DNA of 59,712 nucleotides, taken from positions 1 to 59,712 of the forward strand of contig JAPPQJ010000028.1 in the NCBI GenBank assembly GCA_028817015.1, written 5' to 3'. The number at the start of each line of letters is the position of its first letter. Position 1 is the stretch's first letter. This DNA is from Gammaproteobacteria bacterium. GTDB taxonomy: Bacteria > Pseudomonadota > Gammaproteobacteria > Arenicellales > Poriferihabitantaceae. Of this stretch, positions 59,671 through 59,712 are shown piece after piece. The translations under genes and the position numbers were made by a program. A model generated the notes under the pieces. It did no database searches, was not told where the DNA came from, and saw nothing but the letters and a program-made list of their open reading frames with translations.

Positions 59671-59712
59671 CGCGCGTGCGGGGTCGCAACACCCCGGCCG
59701 CCCGCGCTTTTC

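Overview
This is a visibly GC-rich chromosomal segment from a gammaproteobacterium, judged by synteny. It is almost entirely filled with conserved housekeeping genes arranged in classical gammaproteobacterial blocks. In order: an AapJ-like binding-protein fragment at the left edge; uvrB plus a translationally coupled SAM methyltransferase; yceF(maf), tRNA-Arg(UCG) and gatB-gatA-gatC on the minus strand; mreBCD-mrdA-rodA-mltB-rlpA-dacA-lipB; a MurU-like nucleotidyltransferase; a LysE-family exporter; an orphan MttB-superfamily methyltransferase; an IscA-like protein; mtaB; ndk-rlmN-rodZ-hisS-yfgM-bamB-der; xseA plus a DadA-like FAD oxidoreductase on the minus strand; rpsP-rimM-trmD-rplS; a 642-aa exported helical protein of unknown function; xerD; relA; gyrA-pheA-tyrA-aroA-cmk-rpsA-ihfB-lapA-lapB; ugd-hldA-hldD, an RmlA-like gene and an MTA/MTI phosphorylase; a CsiV-like protein on the minus strand; cimA; and a DUF3461-like small protein coupled to a DXD glycosyltransferase. 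The window ends in a C27...G14 homopolymer tract that looks like a contig-end or sequencing artefact. I found one tRNA. I found no rRNA, CRISPR array, transposase, phage or integrative island, and no recognisable defence or toxin-antitoxin module. I did not find a convincing novel multi-gene system. The most defensible oddities are these: (1) a full-length RmlA-like nucleotidyltransferase with its substrate and metal motifs replaced, chained by GTGA overlaps into a heptose operon that has a kinase-only HldA; (2) an orphan non-Pyl MttB homologue with no corrinoid partner nearby; (3) two long intergenic regions, upstream of the LysE gene and upstream of rpsP, that carry terminator-like hairpins with no upstream gene to terminate and may encode an sRNA or leader; (4) a large uncharacterised exported alpha-helical protein between rplS and xerD; (5) clean absences of ispG, serC and hisC from otherwise canonical clusters. 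Many long ORFs in the track are antisense shadow ORFs typical of GC-rich DNA, and I rejected them. All folds, alignments and motif calls were done by eye and need computational confirmation.
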